From assembly GCA_964016885.1 (NCBI GenBank), contig OZ024760.1:32674001-32738000 (forward strand): 64,000 nucleotides of DNA. Direction: 5' to 3'. Position numbers and translations under genes: made by a program. Each line of letters starts with the position of its first letter. Positions within the stretch are counted from its first letter, which is position 1. This document shows positions 24,857-38,900 of the stretch, piece after piece. The notes beneath the pieces are model-generated. The model did not search any database. It was not told the DNA's origin and saw only the letters and a program-made list of their open reading frames with translations. Source of the stretch: Eledone cirrhosa. Lineage: Eukaryota.

Positions 24857-27800
24857 GTTGTGTAGGTCTCAAGACAGAAAGCACCCAGTCTACAGTGTAC
24901 AGTGGTTGTGTAGGTCTCTAGACAGAAAGCACCCAGTCCATCCTGTACAGTGGTTGTGTAGGTCTCAAGACAGAAATCACCCAGTCCACCCAGTACAGTG
25001 GTTGTGTAGGTCTAGAGACAGAAAGCACCCAGTCCACCCTGTACAGTGGTTATGTAGGTCTCAAGACAGAAAGCACCCAGTCCACCCTGTACAGTAGTTG
25101 TGTAGGTGTCAAGACAGAAAGCACACAGTCCACAGTGTACAGTGGTTGTGTAGGTCTCTAGACAGAAAGCACCCAGTCCATCCTGTACAGTGGTCGTGTA
25201 GGTCTCAAGACAGAAATCACCCAGTCCACCCTGTACAGTGGTTGTGTAGGTCTCAAGACAGAAAGCACCCAGTCCACCCTGTACAGTGGTTGTGTAGGTC
25301 TCAAGACAGAAAGCACCCAGTCCACCCTGTACAGTGGTTGTGTAGGTGTCAAGACAGAAAGCACCCAGTCCACAGTGTACAGTGGTTGTGTAGGTCTCTA
25401 GACAGAAAGCACCAAGTCCATCCTGTACAGTGGTTGTGTAGGTCTCAAGACAGAAAGCCCCCAGTCCACACTGTACAGTGGTTGTGTAGGTCTCAAGACA
25501 GAAAGCACCTGGTCCACCCTGTACAGTGGTTGTGTCGGTCTCTAGACAGAAAGCACCCAGTCCATCCTGTACAGTGGTTGTGTAGGTCTCAAGACAGAAA
25601 GCACCAGTCCACCTTGTACAGTGGTTGTGTAGGTCTCAAGACGGAAATCACCCAGTCCACCCTGTACAGTGGTTGTGTAGGTCTCAAGACAGAAATCCCC
25701 CAGTCCTCCCTGTATAGTGGTTGTGTAGGTCTCAAGACAGAAAGCACCCAGTCCATCCTGTACAGTGGTTGTGTAGGTCTCAAGACAGAAAGCACCCGGT
25801 CCACACTGTACAGTGGTTGTGTAGGTCTCAAGACAGAAAGCACCCAGTCCTCCCTGTACAGTGGTTGTGTAGGTCTCAAGACAGAAAGCACCCAGTCCAC
25901 CCTGTACAGTGGTTGTGTAGGTCTCAAGACAGAAAGCACCCGGTCCACACTGTACAGTGTTTGTGTAGGTCTCAAGACAGAACGTGCCCAGTCCAACTTG
26001 TACAGTGGTTGTGTAGGTCTCAAGACAGAAAGCACCCAGTCCACCCTGTACAGTGGTTGTGTAGGTCTCGAGACAGAAAGCACCCCGTTTACACTGTACA
26101 GTGGTTGTGTAGGTCTCAAGACAGAAAGCACCCAGTCCACCCTGTACAGTGGTTGTGTAGGTCTCAAGACAGAAATAACCCAGTCCACCCTGTACAGTGG
26201 TTGTGTAGGTGTGAAGACAGAAAGCACCCAGTCCACACTGTACAGTGGTTGTGTAGGTCTCTAGACAGAAAGCACCCAGTCCATCCTGTACAGTGGTAGT
26301 GTAGGTATCAAGACAGAAAGCACCCAGTCCACCTTGTACAGTGGTTGTGTAGGTCTCAAAACAGAAAGTGCCCAGTCCACCCTGTACAGTGGTTGTGTAG
26401 GTCTCAAGACAGAAATCACCCAGTCCACCCTGTCCAGTGGTTGTGTATGTCTCAAGACAGGAAGCACCCAGTCCACCCTGTCCAGTGGTTGTGTAGGTCT
26501 CAAGACAGAAAGCACCCAGTCCACACTGTACAGTGGTTGTGTAGATCTCAAGACAGAAAGCACCCAGTCCACCCTGTACAGTGGTAGTGTAGGTCTCAAG
26601 ACAGAAAGCACCCAGTCCATCCTGTACAGTGGTTGTGTAGGTCTCAAGACAGAAAGCACCCGGTCCACACTGTACAGTGGTTGTGTAGGTCTCAAGACAG
26701 AAAGCACCCAGTCCTCCCTGTACAGTGGTTGTGTAGGTCTCAAGACAGAAAGCACCCAGTCCACCCTGTACAGTGGTTGTGTAGGTCTCAAGACAGAAAG
26801 CACCCGGTCCACACTGTACAGTGGTTGCGTAGGTCTCAAGACAGAACGTGCCCAGTCCAACTTGTACAGTGGTTGTGTAGGTCTCAAGACAGAAAGCACC
26901 CAGTCCACCCTGTACAGTGGTTGTGTAGGTCTCAATTCAGAAAGCACCCAGTCCACCCTGTACAGTGGTTGTGTAGGTCTCAAGACAGAAAGCACCCCGT
27001 GCACACTGTACAGTGGTTGTGTAGGTCTCAAGACAGAAAGCACCCAGTCCACCCTGTACAGTGGTTGTGTAGGTCTCAAGACAGAAAGCACCCGGTCCAC
27101 ACTGTACAGTGGTTGTGTAGGTCTCAAGACAGAAAGCACCCAGTCCTCCCTGTACAGTGGTTGTGTAGGTCTCAAGACAGAAAGCACCCAGTCCACCCTG
27201 TACAGTGGTTGTGTAGGTCTCAAGACAGAAAGCACCCGGTCCACACTGTACAGTGGTTGCGTAGGTCTCAAGACAGAACGTGCCCAGTCCAACTTGTACA
27301 GTGGTTGTGTAGGTCTCAAGACAGAAAGCACCCAGTCCACCCTGTACAGTGGTTGTGTAGGTCTCAATTCAGAAAGCACCCAGTCCACCCTGTACAGTGT
27401 TTGTGTAGGTCTCAAGACAGAAAGCACCCCGTGCACACTGTACAGTGGTTGTGTAGGTCTCAAGACAGAAAGCACCCAGTCCACCCTGTACAGTGGTTGT
27501 GTAGGTCTCAAGACAGAAAGCACCCGGTCCACACTGTACAGTGGTTGTGTAGGTCTCAAGACAGAAAGCACCCAGTCCACCCTGTACAGTGGTTGTGTAG
27601 GTCTCAAGACAGAAAGCACCCAGTCCACCCTGTACAGTGGTTGTGTAGGTCTCAAGACAGAAAGAACCCAGTCCACCCTGTACAGTGGTTGTGTAGGTCT
27701 CAAGACAGAAAACACCCAGTCCACACTGTACAGTAGTTGTGTAGGTCTCAAGACAGAAAGCACCCAGTCCACCCTGTACAGTGGTTGTGTAGGTCTCAAG

Positions 27801-30800
27801 ACAGAAAGTGCCCAGTCCACCCTGTACAGTGGTTGTGTAGGTCTCAAGACAGAAAGCACCCAGTCCACCCTGTACAGTGGTTGTGTAGGTCTCAAGACAG
27901 AAAGCACCCAGTCCACCCTGTACAGTAGTTGTGTAGGTCTCAAGACAGAAAGAACCCAGTCCACACTGAACAGTGGTTGTGTAGGTCTCAAGACAGAATG
28001 CACCCAGTCAACCCTGTACAGTGGTCGTGTAGGTCTCAAGACAGAAAGCACCCAGTCCACCCTGTACAGTGGTTGTGTAGGTCTCGAGACAGAAAGTGCC
28101 CAGTCCACCCTGTACAGTGGTTGTGTAGGTCTCAAGACAGAAATAACCCAGTCCACCCTGTACAGTGGTTGTGTAGGTGTGAAGACAGAAAGCACCCAGT
28201 CCACAGTGTACAGTGGTTGTGTAGGTCTCTAGACAGAAAGCACCCAGTCCATCGTGTACAGTGGTAGTGTAGGCCTCAAGACAGAAAGCACCCAGTCCAC
28301 CTTGTACAGTGGTTGTGTAGGTCTCAAAACAGAAAGTGCCCAGTCCACCCTGTACAGTGGTTGTGTAGGTCTCAAGACAGAAATCACCCAGTCCACCCTG
28401 TAGAGTGGTTGTGTATGTCTCAAGACAGGAAGCACCCAGTCCACCCTGTCCAGTGGTTGTGTAGGTCTCAAGACAGAAAGCACCCAGTCCACACTGTACA
28501 GTGGTTGTGTAGATCTCAAGACAGAAAGCACCCAGTCCACCCTGTACAGTGGTAGTGTAGGTCTCAAGACAGAAAGCACCCAGTCCATCCTGTACAGTGG
28601 TTGTGTAGGTCTCAAGACAGAAAGCACCCGGTCCACACTGTACAGTGGTTGTGTAGGTCTCAAGACAGAAAGCACCCACTCCTCCCTGTACAGTGGTTGT
28701 GTAGGTCTCAAGACAGAAAGCACCCAGTCCACCCTGTACAGTGGTTGTGTAGGTCTCAAGACAGAAAGCACCCGGTCCACACTGTACAGTGGTTGCGTAG
28801 GTCTCAAGACAGAACGTGCCCAGTCCAACTTGTACAGTGGTTGTGTAGGTCTCAAGACAGAAAGCACCCAGTCCACCCTGTACAGTGGTTGTGTAGGTCT
28901 CAATTCAGAAAGCACCCAGTCCACCCTGTACAGTGGTTGTGTAGGTCTCAAGACAGAAAGCACCCGGTCCACACTGTACAGTGGTTGCGTAGGTCTCAAG
29001 ACAGAACGTGCCCAGTCCAACTTGTACAGTGGTTGTGTAAGTCTCAAGACAGAAAGCACCCCGTGCACACTGTACAGTGGTTGTGTAGGTCTCAAGACAG
29101 AAAGCACCCAGTCCACCCTGTACAGTGGTTGTGTAGGTCTCAAGACAGAAAGCACCCGGTCCACACTGTACAGTGGTTGTGTAGGTCTCAAGACAGAAAG
29201 CACCCAGTCCACCCTGTACAGTGGTTGTGTAGGTCTCAAGACAGAAAGCACCCAGTCCACCCTGTACAGTGGTTTTGTAGGTCTCAAGACAGAAAGAACC
29301 CAGTCCACCCTGTACAGTGGTTGTGTAGGTCTCAAGACAGAAAACACCCAGTCCACACTGTACAGTGGTTGTGTAGGTCTCAAGACAGAAAGCACCCAGT
29401 CCACCCTGTAGAGTGGTTGTGTAGGTCTCAAGACAGAAAGAACCCAGTCCACACCGTAAAGTGGTTGTGTAGGTCTCAAGACAGAAAGCACCCAGTCCAC
29501 ACTGTACAGTGGTTGTGTAGGTCTCAAGATAGAAAGCACCCAGTCCACCCTGTACAGTGGTTGTGTAGGTCTCAAGACAGAAAGTGACCAGTCCACCCTG
29601 TACAGTGGTTGTGTAGGTCTCAAGACAGAAAGCACCCAGTCTACAGTGTACAGTGGTTGTGTAGGTCTCTAGACAGAAAGCACCCAGTCCATCCTGTACA
29701 GTGGTTGTGTAGGTCTCAAGACAGAAATCACCCAGTCCACCCAGTACAGTGGTTGTGTAGGTCTAGAGACAGAAAGCACCCAGTCCACCCTGTACAGTGG
29801 TTATGTAGGTCTCAAGACAGAAAGCACCCAGTCCACCCTGTACAGTAGTTGTGTAGGTGTCAAGACAGAAAGCACACAGTCCACAGTGTACAATGGTTGT
29901 GTAGGTCTCTAGACAGAAAGCACCCAGTCCATCCTGTACAGTGGTCGTGTAGGTCTCAAGACAGAAATCACCCAGTCCACCCTGTACAGTGGTTGTGTAG
30001 GTCTCAAGACAGAAAGCACCCAGTCCACCCTGTACAGTGGTTGTGTAGGTCTCAAGACAGAAAGCACCCAGTCCACCCTGTACAGTGGTTGTGTAGGTGT
30101 CAAGACAGAAAGCACCCAGTCCACAGTGTACAGTGGTTGTGTAGGTCTCTAGACAGAAAGCACCAAGTCCATCCTGTACAGTGGTTGTGTAGGTCTCAAG
30201 ACAGAAAGCCCCCAGTCCACACTGTACAGTGGTTGTGTAGGTCTCAAGACAGAAAGCACCTGGTCCACCCTGTACAGTGGTTGTGTCGGTCTCTAGACAG
30301 AAAGCACCCAGTCCATCCTGTACAGTGGTTGTGTAGGTCTCAAGACAGAAAGCACCAGTCCACCTTGTACAGTGGTTGTGTAGGTCTGAAGACAGAAATC
30401 ACCCAGTCCACCCTGTACAGTGGTTGTGTAGGTCTCAAGACAGAAATCACCCAGTCCTCCCTGTACAGTGGTTGTGTAGGTCTCAAGACAGAAAGCACCC
30501 AGTCCATCCTGTACAGTGGTTGTGTAGGTCTCAAGACAGAAATCACCCAGTCCTCCCTGTACAGTGGTTGTGTAGGTCTCAAGACAGAAATCACCCAGTC
30601 CACCCTGTACAGTGGTTGTGTAGGTCTCAAGACAGAAATCACCCAGTCCACCCTGTACAGTGGTTGTGTAGGTCTCAAGACAGAAAGCACCCAGTCCATC
30701 CTGTACAGTGGTTGTGTAGGTCTCAAGACAGAAAGCACCCGGTCCACACTGTACAGTGGTTGTGTAGGTCTCAAGACAGAAAGCACCCAGTCCTCCCTGT

Positions 30801-33800
30801 ACAGTGGTTGTGTAGGTCTCAAGACAGAAAGCACCCAGTCCACCCTGTACAGTGGTTGTGTAGGTCTCAAGACAGAAAGCACCCGGTCCACACTGTACAG
30901 TGTTTGTGTAGGTCTCAAGACAGAACGTGCCCAGTCCAACTTGTACAGTGGTTGTGTAGGTCTCAAGACAGAAAGCACCCAGTCCACCCTGTACAGTGGT
31001 TGTGTAGGTCTCGAGACAGAAAGCACCCCGTTTACACTGTACCGTGGTTGTGTAGGTCTCAAGACAGAAAGCACCCAGTCCACCCTGTACAGTGGTTGTG
31101 TAGGTCTCAAGACAGAAATAACCCAGTCCACCCTGTACAGTGGTTGTGTAGGTGTGAAGACAGAAAGCACCCAGTCCACACTGTACAGTGGTTGTGTAGG
31201 TCTCTAGACAGAAAGCACCCAGTCCATCCTGTACAGTGGTAGTGTAGGTATCAAGACAGAAAGCACCCAGTCCACCTTGTACAGTGGTTGTGTAGGTCTC
31301 AAAACAGAAAGTGCCCAGTCCACCCTGTACAGTGGTTGTGTAGGTCTCAAGACAGAAATCACCCACTCCACCCTGTAGAGTGGTTGTGTATGTCTCAAGA
31401 CAGGAAGCACCCAGTCCACCCTGTCCAGTGGTTGTGTAGGTCTCAAGACAGAAAGCACCCAGTCCACACTGTACAGTGGTTGTGTAGATCTCAAGACAGA
31501 AAGCACCCAGTCCACCCTGTACAGTGGTAGTGTAGGTCTCAAGACAGAAAGCACCCAGTCCATCCTGTACAGTGGTTGTGTAGGTCTCAAGACAGAAAGC
31601 ACCCGGTCCACACTGTACAGTGGTTGTGTAGGTCTCAAGACAGAAAGCACCCAGTCCTCCCTGTACAGTGGTTGTGTAGGTCTCAAGACAGAAAGCACCC
31701 AGTCCACCCTGTACAGTGGTTGTGTAGGTCTCAAGACAGAAAGCACCCGGTCCACACTGTACAGTGGTTGCGTAGGTCTCAAGACAGAACGTGCCCAGTC
31801 CAACTTGTACAGTGGTTGTGTAGGTCTCAAGACAGAAAGCACCCAGTCCACCCTGTACAGTGGTTGTGTAGGTCTCAATTCAGAAAGCACCCAGTCCACC
31901 CTGTACAGTGGTTGTGTAGGTCTCAAGACAGAAAGCACCCCGTGCACACTGTACAGTGGTTGTGTAGGTCTCAAGACAGAAAGCACCCAGTCCACCCTGT
32001 ACAGTGGTTGTGTAGGTCTCAAGACAGAAAGCACCCGGTCCACACTGTACAGTGGTTGTGTAGGTCTCAAGACAGAAAGCACCCAGTCCTCCCTGTACAG
32101 TGGTTGTGTAGGTCTCAAGACAGAAAGCACCCAGTCCACCCTGTACAGTGGTTGTGTAGGTCTCAAGACAGAAAGCACCCGGTCCACACTGTACAGTGGT
32201 TGCGTAGGTCTCAAGACAGAACGTGCCCAGTCCAACTTGTACAGTGGTTGTGTAGGTCTCAAGACAGAAAGCACCCAGTCCACCCTGTACAGTGGTTGTG
32301 TAGGTCTCAATTTAGAAAGCACCCAGTCCACCCTGTACAGTGGTTGTGTAGGTCTCAAGACAGAAAGCACCCCGTGCACACTGTACAGTGGTTGTGTAGG
32401 TCTCAAGACAGAAAGCACCCAGTCCACCCTGTACAGTGGTTGTGTAGGTCTCAAGACAGAAAGCACCCGGTCCACACTGTACAGTGGTTGTGTAGGTCTC
32501 AAGACAGAAAGCACCCAGTCCACCCTGTACAGTGGTTGTGTAGGTCTCAAGACAGAAAGCACCCAGTCCACCCTGTACAGTGGTTGTGTAGGTCTCAAGA
32601 CAGAAAGAACCCAGTCCACCCTGTACAGAGGTTGTGTAGGTCTCAAGACAGAAAACACCCAGTCCACACTGTACAGTGGTTGTGTAGGTCTCAAGACAGA
32701 AAGCACCCAGTCCACCCTGTACAGTGGTTGTGTAGGTCTCAAGACAGAAAGTGCCCAGTCCACCCTGTACAGTGGTTGTGTAGGTCTCAAGACAGAAAGC
32801 ACCCAGTCCACCCTGTACAGTGGTTGTGTAGGTCTCAAGACAGAAAGCACCCAGTCCACCCTGTACAGTAGTTGTGTAGGTCTCAAGACAGAAAGGACCC
32901 AGTCCACACTGAACAGTGGTTGTGTAGGTCTCAAGACAGAATGCACCCAGTCAACCCTGTACAGTGGTCGTCTAGGTCTCAAGACAGAAAGCACCCAGTC
33001 CACCCTGTACAGTGGTTGTGTAGGTCTCGAGACAGAAAGTGCCCAGTCCACCCTGTACAGTGGTTGTGTAGGTCTCAAGACAGAAATAACCCAGTCCACC
33101 CTGTACAGTGGTTGTGTAGGTGTGAAGACAGAAAGCACCCAGTCCACAGTGTACAGTGGTTGTGTAGGTCTCTAGACAGAAAGCACCCAGTCCATCGTGT
33201 ACAGTGGTAGTGTAGGCCTCAAGACAGAAAGCACCCAGTCCACCTTGTACAGTGGTTGTGTAGGTCTCAAAACAGAAAGTGCCCAGTCCACCCTGTACAG
33301 TGGTTGTGTAGGTCTCAAGACAGAAATCACCCAGTCCACCCTGTCCAGTGGTTGTGTAGGTCTCAAGACAGAAAGCACCCAGTCCACACTGTACAGTGGT
33401 TGTGTAGATCTCAAGACAGAAAGCACCCAGTCCACCCTGTACAGTGGTAGTGTAGGTCTCAAGACAGAAAGCACCCAGTCCATCCTCGACAGTGGTTGTG
33501 TAGGTCTCAAGACAGAAAGCACCCGGTCCACACTGTACAGTGGTTGTGTAGGTCTCAAGACAGAAAGCACCCAGTCCTCCCTGTACAGTGGTTGTGTAGG
33601 TCTCAAGACAGAAAGCACCCAGTCCACCCTGTACAGTGGTTGTGTAGGTCTCAAGACAGAAAGCACCCGGTCCACACTGTACAGTGGTTGCGTAGGTCTC
33701 AAGACAGAACGTGCCCAGTCCAACTTGTACAGTGGTTGTGTAGGTCTCAAGACAGAAAGCACCCAGTCCACCCTGTACAGTGGTTGTGTAGGTCTCAATT

Positions 33801-35900
33801 CAGAAAGCACCCAGTCCACCCTGTACAGTGGTTGTGTAGGTCTCAAGACAGAAAGCACCCGGTCCACACTGTACAGTGGTTGCGTAGGTCTCAAGACAGA
33901 ACGTGCCCAGTCCAACTTGTACAGTGGTTGTGTAAGTCTCAAGACAGAAAGCACCCCGTGCACACTGTACAGTGGTTGTGTAGGTCTCAAGACAGAAAGC
34001 ACCCAGTCCACCCTGTACAGTGGTTGTGTAGGTCTCAAGACAGAAAGCACCCGGTCCACACTGTACAGTGGTTGTGTAGGTCTCAAGACAGAAAGCACCC
34101 AGTCCACCCTGTACAGTGGTTGTGTAGGTCTCAAGACAGAAAGCACCCAGTCCACCCTGTACAGTGGTTTTGTAGGTCTCAAGACAGAAAGAACCCAGTC
34201 CACCCTGTACAGTGGTTGTGTAGGTCTCAAGACAGAAAACACCCAGTCCACACTGTACAGTGGTTGTGTAGGTCTCAAGACAGAAAGCACCCAGTCCACC
34301 CTGTAGAGTGGTTGTGTAGGTCTCAAGACAGAAAGAACCCAGTCCACACCGTAAAGTGGTTGTGTAGGTCTCAAGACAGAAAGCACCCAGTCCACACTGT
34401 ACAGTGGTTGTGTAGGTCTCAAGATAGAAAGCACCCAGTCCACCCTGTACAGTGGTTGTGTAGGTCTCAAGACAGAAAGTGACCAGTCCACCCTGTACAG
34501 TGGTTGTGTAGGTCTCAAGACAGAAAGCACCCAGTCTACAGTGTACAGTGGTTGTGTAGGTCTCTAGACAGAAAGCACCCAGTCCATCCTGTACAGTGGT
34601 TGTGTAGGTCTCAAGACAGAAATCACCCAGTCCACCCAGTACAGTGGTTGTGTAGGTCTAGAGACAGAAAGCACCCAGTCCACCCTGTACAGTGGTTATG
34701 TAGGTCTCAAGACAGAAAGCACCCAGTCTACCCTGTACAGTAGTTGTGTAGGTGTCAAGACAGAAAGCACACAGTCCACAGTGTACAGTGGTTGTGTAGG
34801 TCTCTAGACAGAAAGCACCCAGTCCATCCTGTACAGTGGTCGTGTAGGTCTCAAGACAGAAATCACCCAGTCCACCCTGTACAGTGGTTGTGTAGGTCTC
34901 AAGACAGAAAGCACCCAGTCCACCCTGTACAGTGGTTGTGTAGGTCTCAAGACAGAAAGCACCCAGTCCACCCTGTACAGTGGTTGTGTAGGTGTCAAGA
35001 CAGAAAGCACCCAGTCCACAGTGTACAGTGGTTGTGTAGGTCTCTAGACAGAAAGCACCAAGTCCATCCTGTACAGTGGTTGTGTAGGTCTCAAGACAGA
35101 AAGCCCCCAGTCCACACTGTACAGTGGTTGTGTAGGTCTCAAGACAGAAAGCACCTGGTCCACCCTGTACAGTGGTTGTGTCGGTCTCTAGACAGAAAGC
35201 ACCCAGTCCATCCTGTACAGTGGTTGTGTAGGTCTCAAGACAGAAAGCACCAGTCCACCTTGTACAGTGGTTGTGTAGGTCTCAAGACAGAAATCACCCA
35301 GTCCACCCTGTACAGTGCTTGTGTAGGTCTCAAGACAGAAATCACCCAGTCCTCCCTGTATAGTGGTTGTGTAGGTCTCAAGACAGAAAGCACCCAGTCC
35401 ATCCTGTACAGTGGTTGTGTAGGTCTCAAGACAGAAAGCACCCGGTCCACACTGTACAGTGGTTGTGTAGGTCTCAAGACAGAAAGCACCCAGTCCTCCC
35501 TGTACAGTGGTTGTGTAGGTCTCAAGACAGAAAGCACCCAGTCCACCCTGTACAGTGGTTGTGTAGGTCTCAAGACATAAAGCACCCGGTCCACACTGTA
35601 CAGTGGTTGTGTAGGTCTCAAGACAGAACGTGCCCAGTCCAACTTGTACAGTGGTTGTGTAGGTCTCAAGACAGAAAGCACCCAGTCCACCCTGTACAGT
35701 GGTTGTGTAGGTCTCGAGACAGAAAGCACCCCGTTTACACTGTACAGTGGTTGTGTAGGTCTCAAGACAGAAAGCACCCAGTCCACCCTGTACAGTGGTT
35801 GTGTAGGTCTCAAGACAGAAATAACCCAGTCCACCCTGTACAGTGGTTGTGTAGGTGTGAAGACAGAAAGCACCCAGTCCACAGTGTACAGTGGTTGTGT
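24857..35900. repeat. ~100-monomer (4.75-4.94 kb) higher-order unit, a little over 2 copies with internal monomer gain and loss
   Basis: Offsets of 4751 (25098/29849), 4943 (26345/31288, 28313/33256) and 4895 (29609/34504, 29849/34744) all equal n x 48 - 1. Shared rare markers: ATCGTG+AGGCCT (~28251/33194) and AAAGTGACC (~29581/34476). Confidence 0.88.
26632..27495. repeat. 9-monomer (432 bp) sub-repeat, 2 copies; also at ~31575-32438 and ~36181-37044
   Basis: The ordered set CCGG, TCCTCC, TTGCGT+AACGTG+AACTTG, AATTCAG, CCCCGTGCAC repeats at 432-bp spacing (TCCTCC ~26712/27144). Confidence 0.88.
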
Positions 35901-38900
35901 AGGTCTCTAGACAGAAAGCACCAGTCCATCCTGTACAGTGGTAGTGTAGGTCTCAAGACAGAAAGCACCCAGTCCACCCTGTAGAGTGGTTGTGTATGTC
36001 TCAAGACAGGAAGCACCCAGTCCACCCTGTCCAGTGGTTGTGTAGGTCTCAAGACAGAAAGCACCCAGTCCACACTGTACAGTGGTTGTGTAGATCTCAA
36101 GACAGAAAGCACCCAGTCCACCCTGTACAGTGGTAGTGTAGGTCTCAAGACAGAAAGCACCCAGTCCATCCTGTACAGTGGTTGTGTAGGTCTCAAGACA
36201 GAAAGCACCCGGTCCTCACTGTACAGTGGTTGTGTAGGTCTCAAGACAGAAAGCACCCAGTCCTCCCTGTACAGTGGTTGTGTAGGTCTCAAGACAGAAA
36301 GCACCCAGTCCACCCTGTACAGTGGTTGTGTAGGTCTCAAGACAGAAAGCACCCGGTCCACACTGTACAGTGGTTGCGTAGGTCTCAAGACAGAACGTGC
36401 CCAGTCCAACTTGTACAGTGGTTGTGTAGGTCTCAAGACAGAAAGCACCCAGTCCACCCTGTACAGTGGTTGTGTAGGTCTCAATTCAGAAAGCACCCAG
36501 TCCACCCTGTACAGTGGTTGTGTAGGTCTCAAGACAGAAAGCACCCCGTGCACACTGTACAGTGGTTGTGTAGGTCTCAAGACAGAAAGCACCCAGTCCA
36601 CCCTGTACAGTGGTTGTGTAGGTCTCAAGACAGAAAGCACCCGGTCCACACTGTACAGTGGTTGTGTAGGTCTCAAGACAGAAAGCACCCAGTCCTCCCT
36701 GTACAGTGGTTGTGTAGGTCTCAAGACAGAAAGCACCCAGTCCACCATGTACAGTGGTTGTGTAGGTCTCAAGACAGAAAGCACCCGGTCCACACTGTAC
36801 AGTGGTTGCGTAGGTCTCAAGACAGAACGTGCCCAGTCCAACTTGTACAGTGGTTGTGTAGGTCTCAAGACAGAAAGCACCCAGTCCACCCTGTACAGTG
36901 GTTGTGTAGGTCTCAATTCAGAAAGCACCCAGTCCACCCTGTACAGTGGTTGTGTAGGTCTCAAGACAGAAAGCACCCCGTGCACACTGTACAGTGGTTG
37001 TGTAGGTCTCAAGACAGAATGCACCCAGTCCACCCTGTACAGTGGTTGTGTAGGTCTCAAGACAGAAAGCACCCGGTCCACACTGTACAGTGGTTGTGTA
37101 GGTCTCAAGACAGAAAGCACCCAGTCCACCCTGTACAGTGGTTGTGTAGGTCTCAAGACAGAAAGCACCCAGTCCACCCTGTACAGTGGTTGTGTAGGTC
37201 TCAAGACAGAAAGAACCCACTCCACCCTGTACAGTGGTTGTGTAGGTCTCAAGACAGAAAACACCCAGTCCACACTGTACAGTGGTTGTGTAGGTCTCAA
37301 GACAGAAAGCACCCAGTCCACCCTGTAGAGTGGTTGTGTAGGTCTCAAGACAGAAAGCACCCGGTCCACACTGTACAGTGGTTGTGTAGGTCTCAAGACA
37401 GAAAGCACCCAGTCCTCCCTGTACAGTGGTTGTGTAGGTCTCAAGACAGAAAGCACCCAGTCCACCCTGTACAGTGGTTGTGTAGGTCTCAAGACAGAAA
37501 GCACCCGGTCCACACTGTACAGTGGTTGCGTAGGTCTCAAGACAGAACGTGCCCAGTCCAACTTGTACAGTGGTTGTGTAGGTCTCAAGACAGAAAGCAC
37601 CCAGTCTACCCTGTACAGTGGTTGTGTAGGTCTCAATTCAGAAAGCACCCAGTCCACCCTGTACAGTGGTTGTGTAGGTCTCAAGACAGAAAGCACCCCG
37701 TGCACACTGTACAGTGGTTGTGTAGTTCTCAAGACAGAAAGCACCCAGTCCACCCTGTACAGTGGTTGTGTAGGTCTCAAGACAGAAAGCACCCGGTCCA
37801 CACTGTACAGTGGTTGTGTAGGTCTCAAGACAGAAAGCACCCAGTCCACCCTCTACAGTGGTTGTGTAGGTCTCAAGACAGAAAGCACCCAGTCCACCCT
37901 GTACAGTGGTTTTGTAGGTCTCAAGACAGAAAGAACCCAGTCCACCCTGTACAGTGGTTGTGTAGGTCTCAAGACAGAAAACACCCAGTCCACACTGTAC
38001 AGTGGTTGTGTAGGTCTCAAGACAGAAAGCACCCAGTCCACCCTGTAGAGTGGTTGTGTAGGTCTCAAGACAGAAAGAACCCAGTCCACACCGTAAAGTG
38101 GTTGTGTAGGTCTCAAGACAGAAAGCACCCAGTCCACACTGTACAGTGGTTGTGTAGGTCTCAAGATAGAAAGCACCCAGTCCACCCTGTACAGTGGTTG
38201 TGTAGGTCTCAAGACAGAAAGTGCCCAGTCCACCCTGTACAGTGGTTGTGTAGGTCTCAAGACAGAAAGCACCCAGTCTACAGTGTACAGTGGTTGTGTA
38301 GGTCTCTAGACAGAAAGCACCCAGTCCATCCTGTACAGTGGTTGTGTAGGTCTCAAGGCAGAAATCACCCAGTCCACCCAGTACAGTGGTTGTGTAGGTC
38401 TAGAGACAGAAAGCACCCAGTCCACCCTGTACAGTGGTTATGTAGGTCTCAAGACAGAAAGTACCCAGTCCACCCTGTACAGTAGTTGTGTAGGTGTCAA
38501 GACAGAAAGCACACAGTCCACAGTGTACAGTGGTTGTGTAGGTCTCTAGACAGAAAGCACCCAGTCCATCCTGTACAGTGGTCGTGTAGGTCTCAAGACA
38601 GAAATCACCCAGTCCACCCTGTACAGTGGTTGTGTAGGTCTCAAGACAGAAAACACCCAGTCCACCCTGTACAGTGGTTGTGTAGGTCTCAAGACAGAAA
38701 GCACCCAGTCCACCCTGTACAGTGGTTGTGTAGGTGTCAAGACAGAAAGCACCCAGTCCACAGTGTACAGTGGTTGTGTAGGTCTCTAGACAGAAAGCAC
38801 CAAGTCCATCCTGTACAGTGGTTGTGTAGGTCTCAAGACAGAAATCACCCAGTCCACACTGTACAGTGGTTGTGTAGGTCTCAAGACAGAAAGCCCCCAG

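Noticed and set aside
36182-38485. Cys/His-rich frame as a zinc-finger or metal-binding repeat protein
   Set aside because: There is one Cys per 16 aa, no C-x2-4-C...H-x3-5-H spacing and no TGEKP linker. The period is 48 bp rather than the 84 bp of C2H2 arrays, and the frame is interrupted by recurrent TAG codons.
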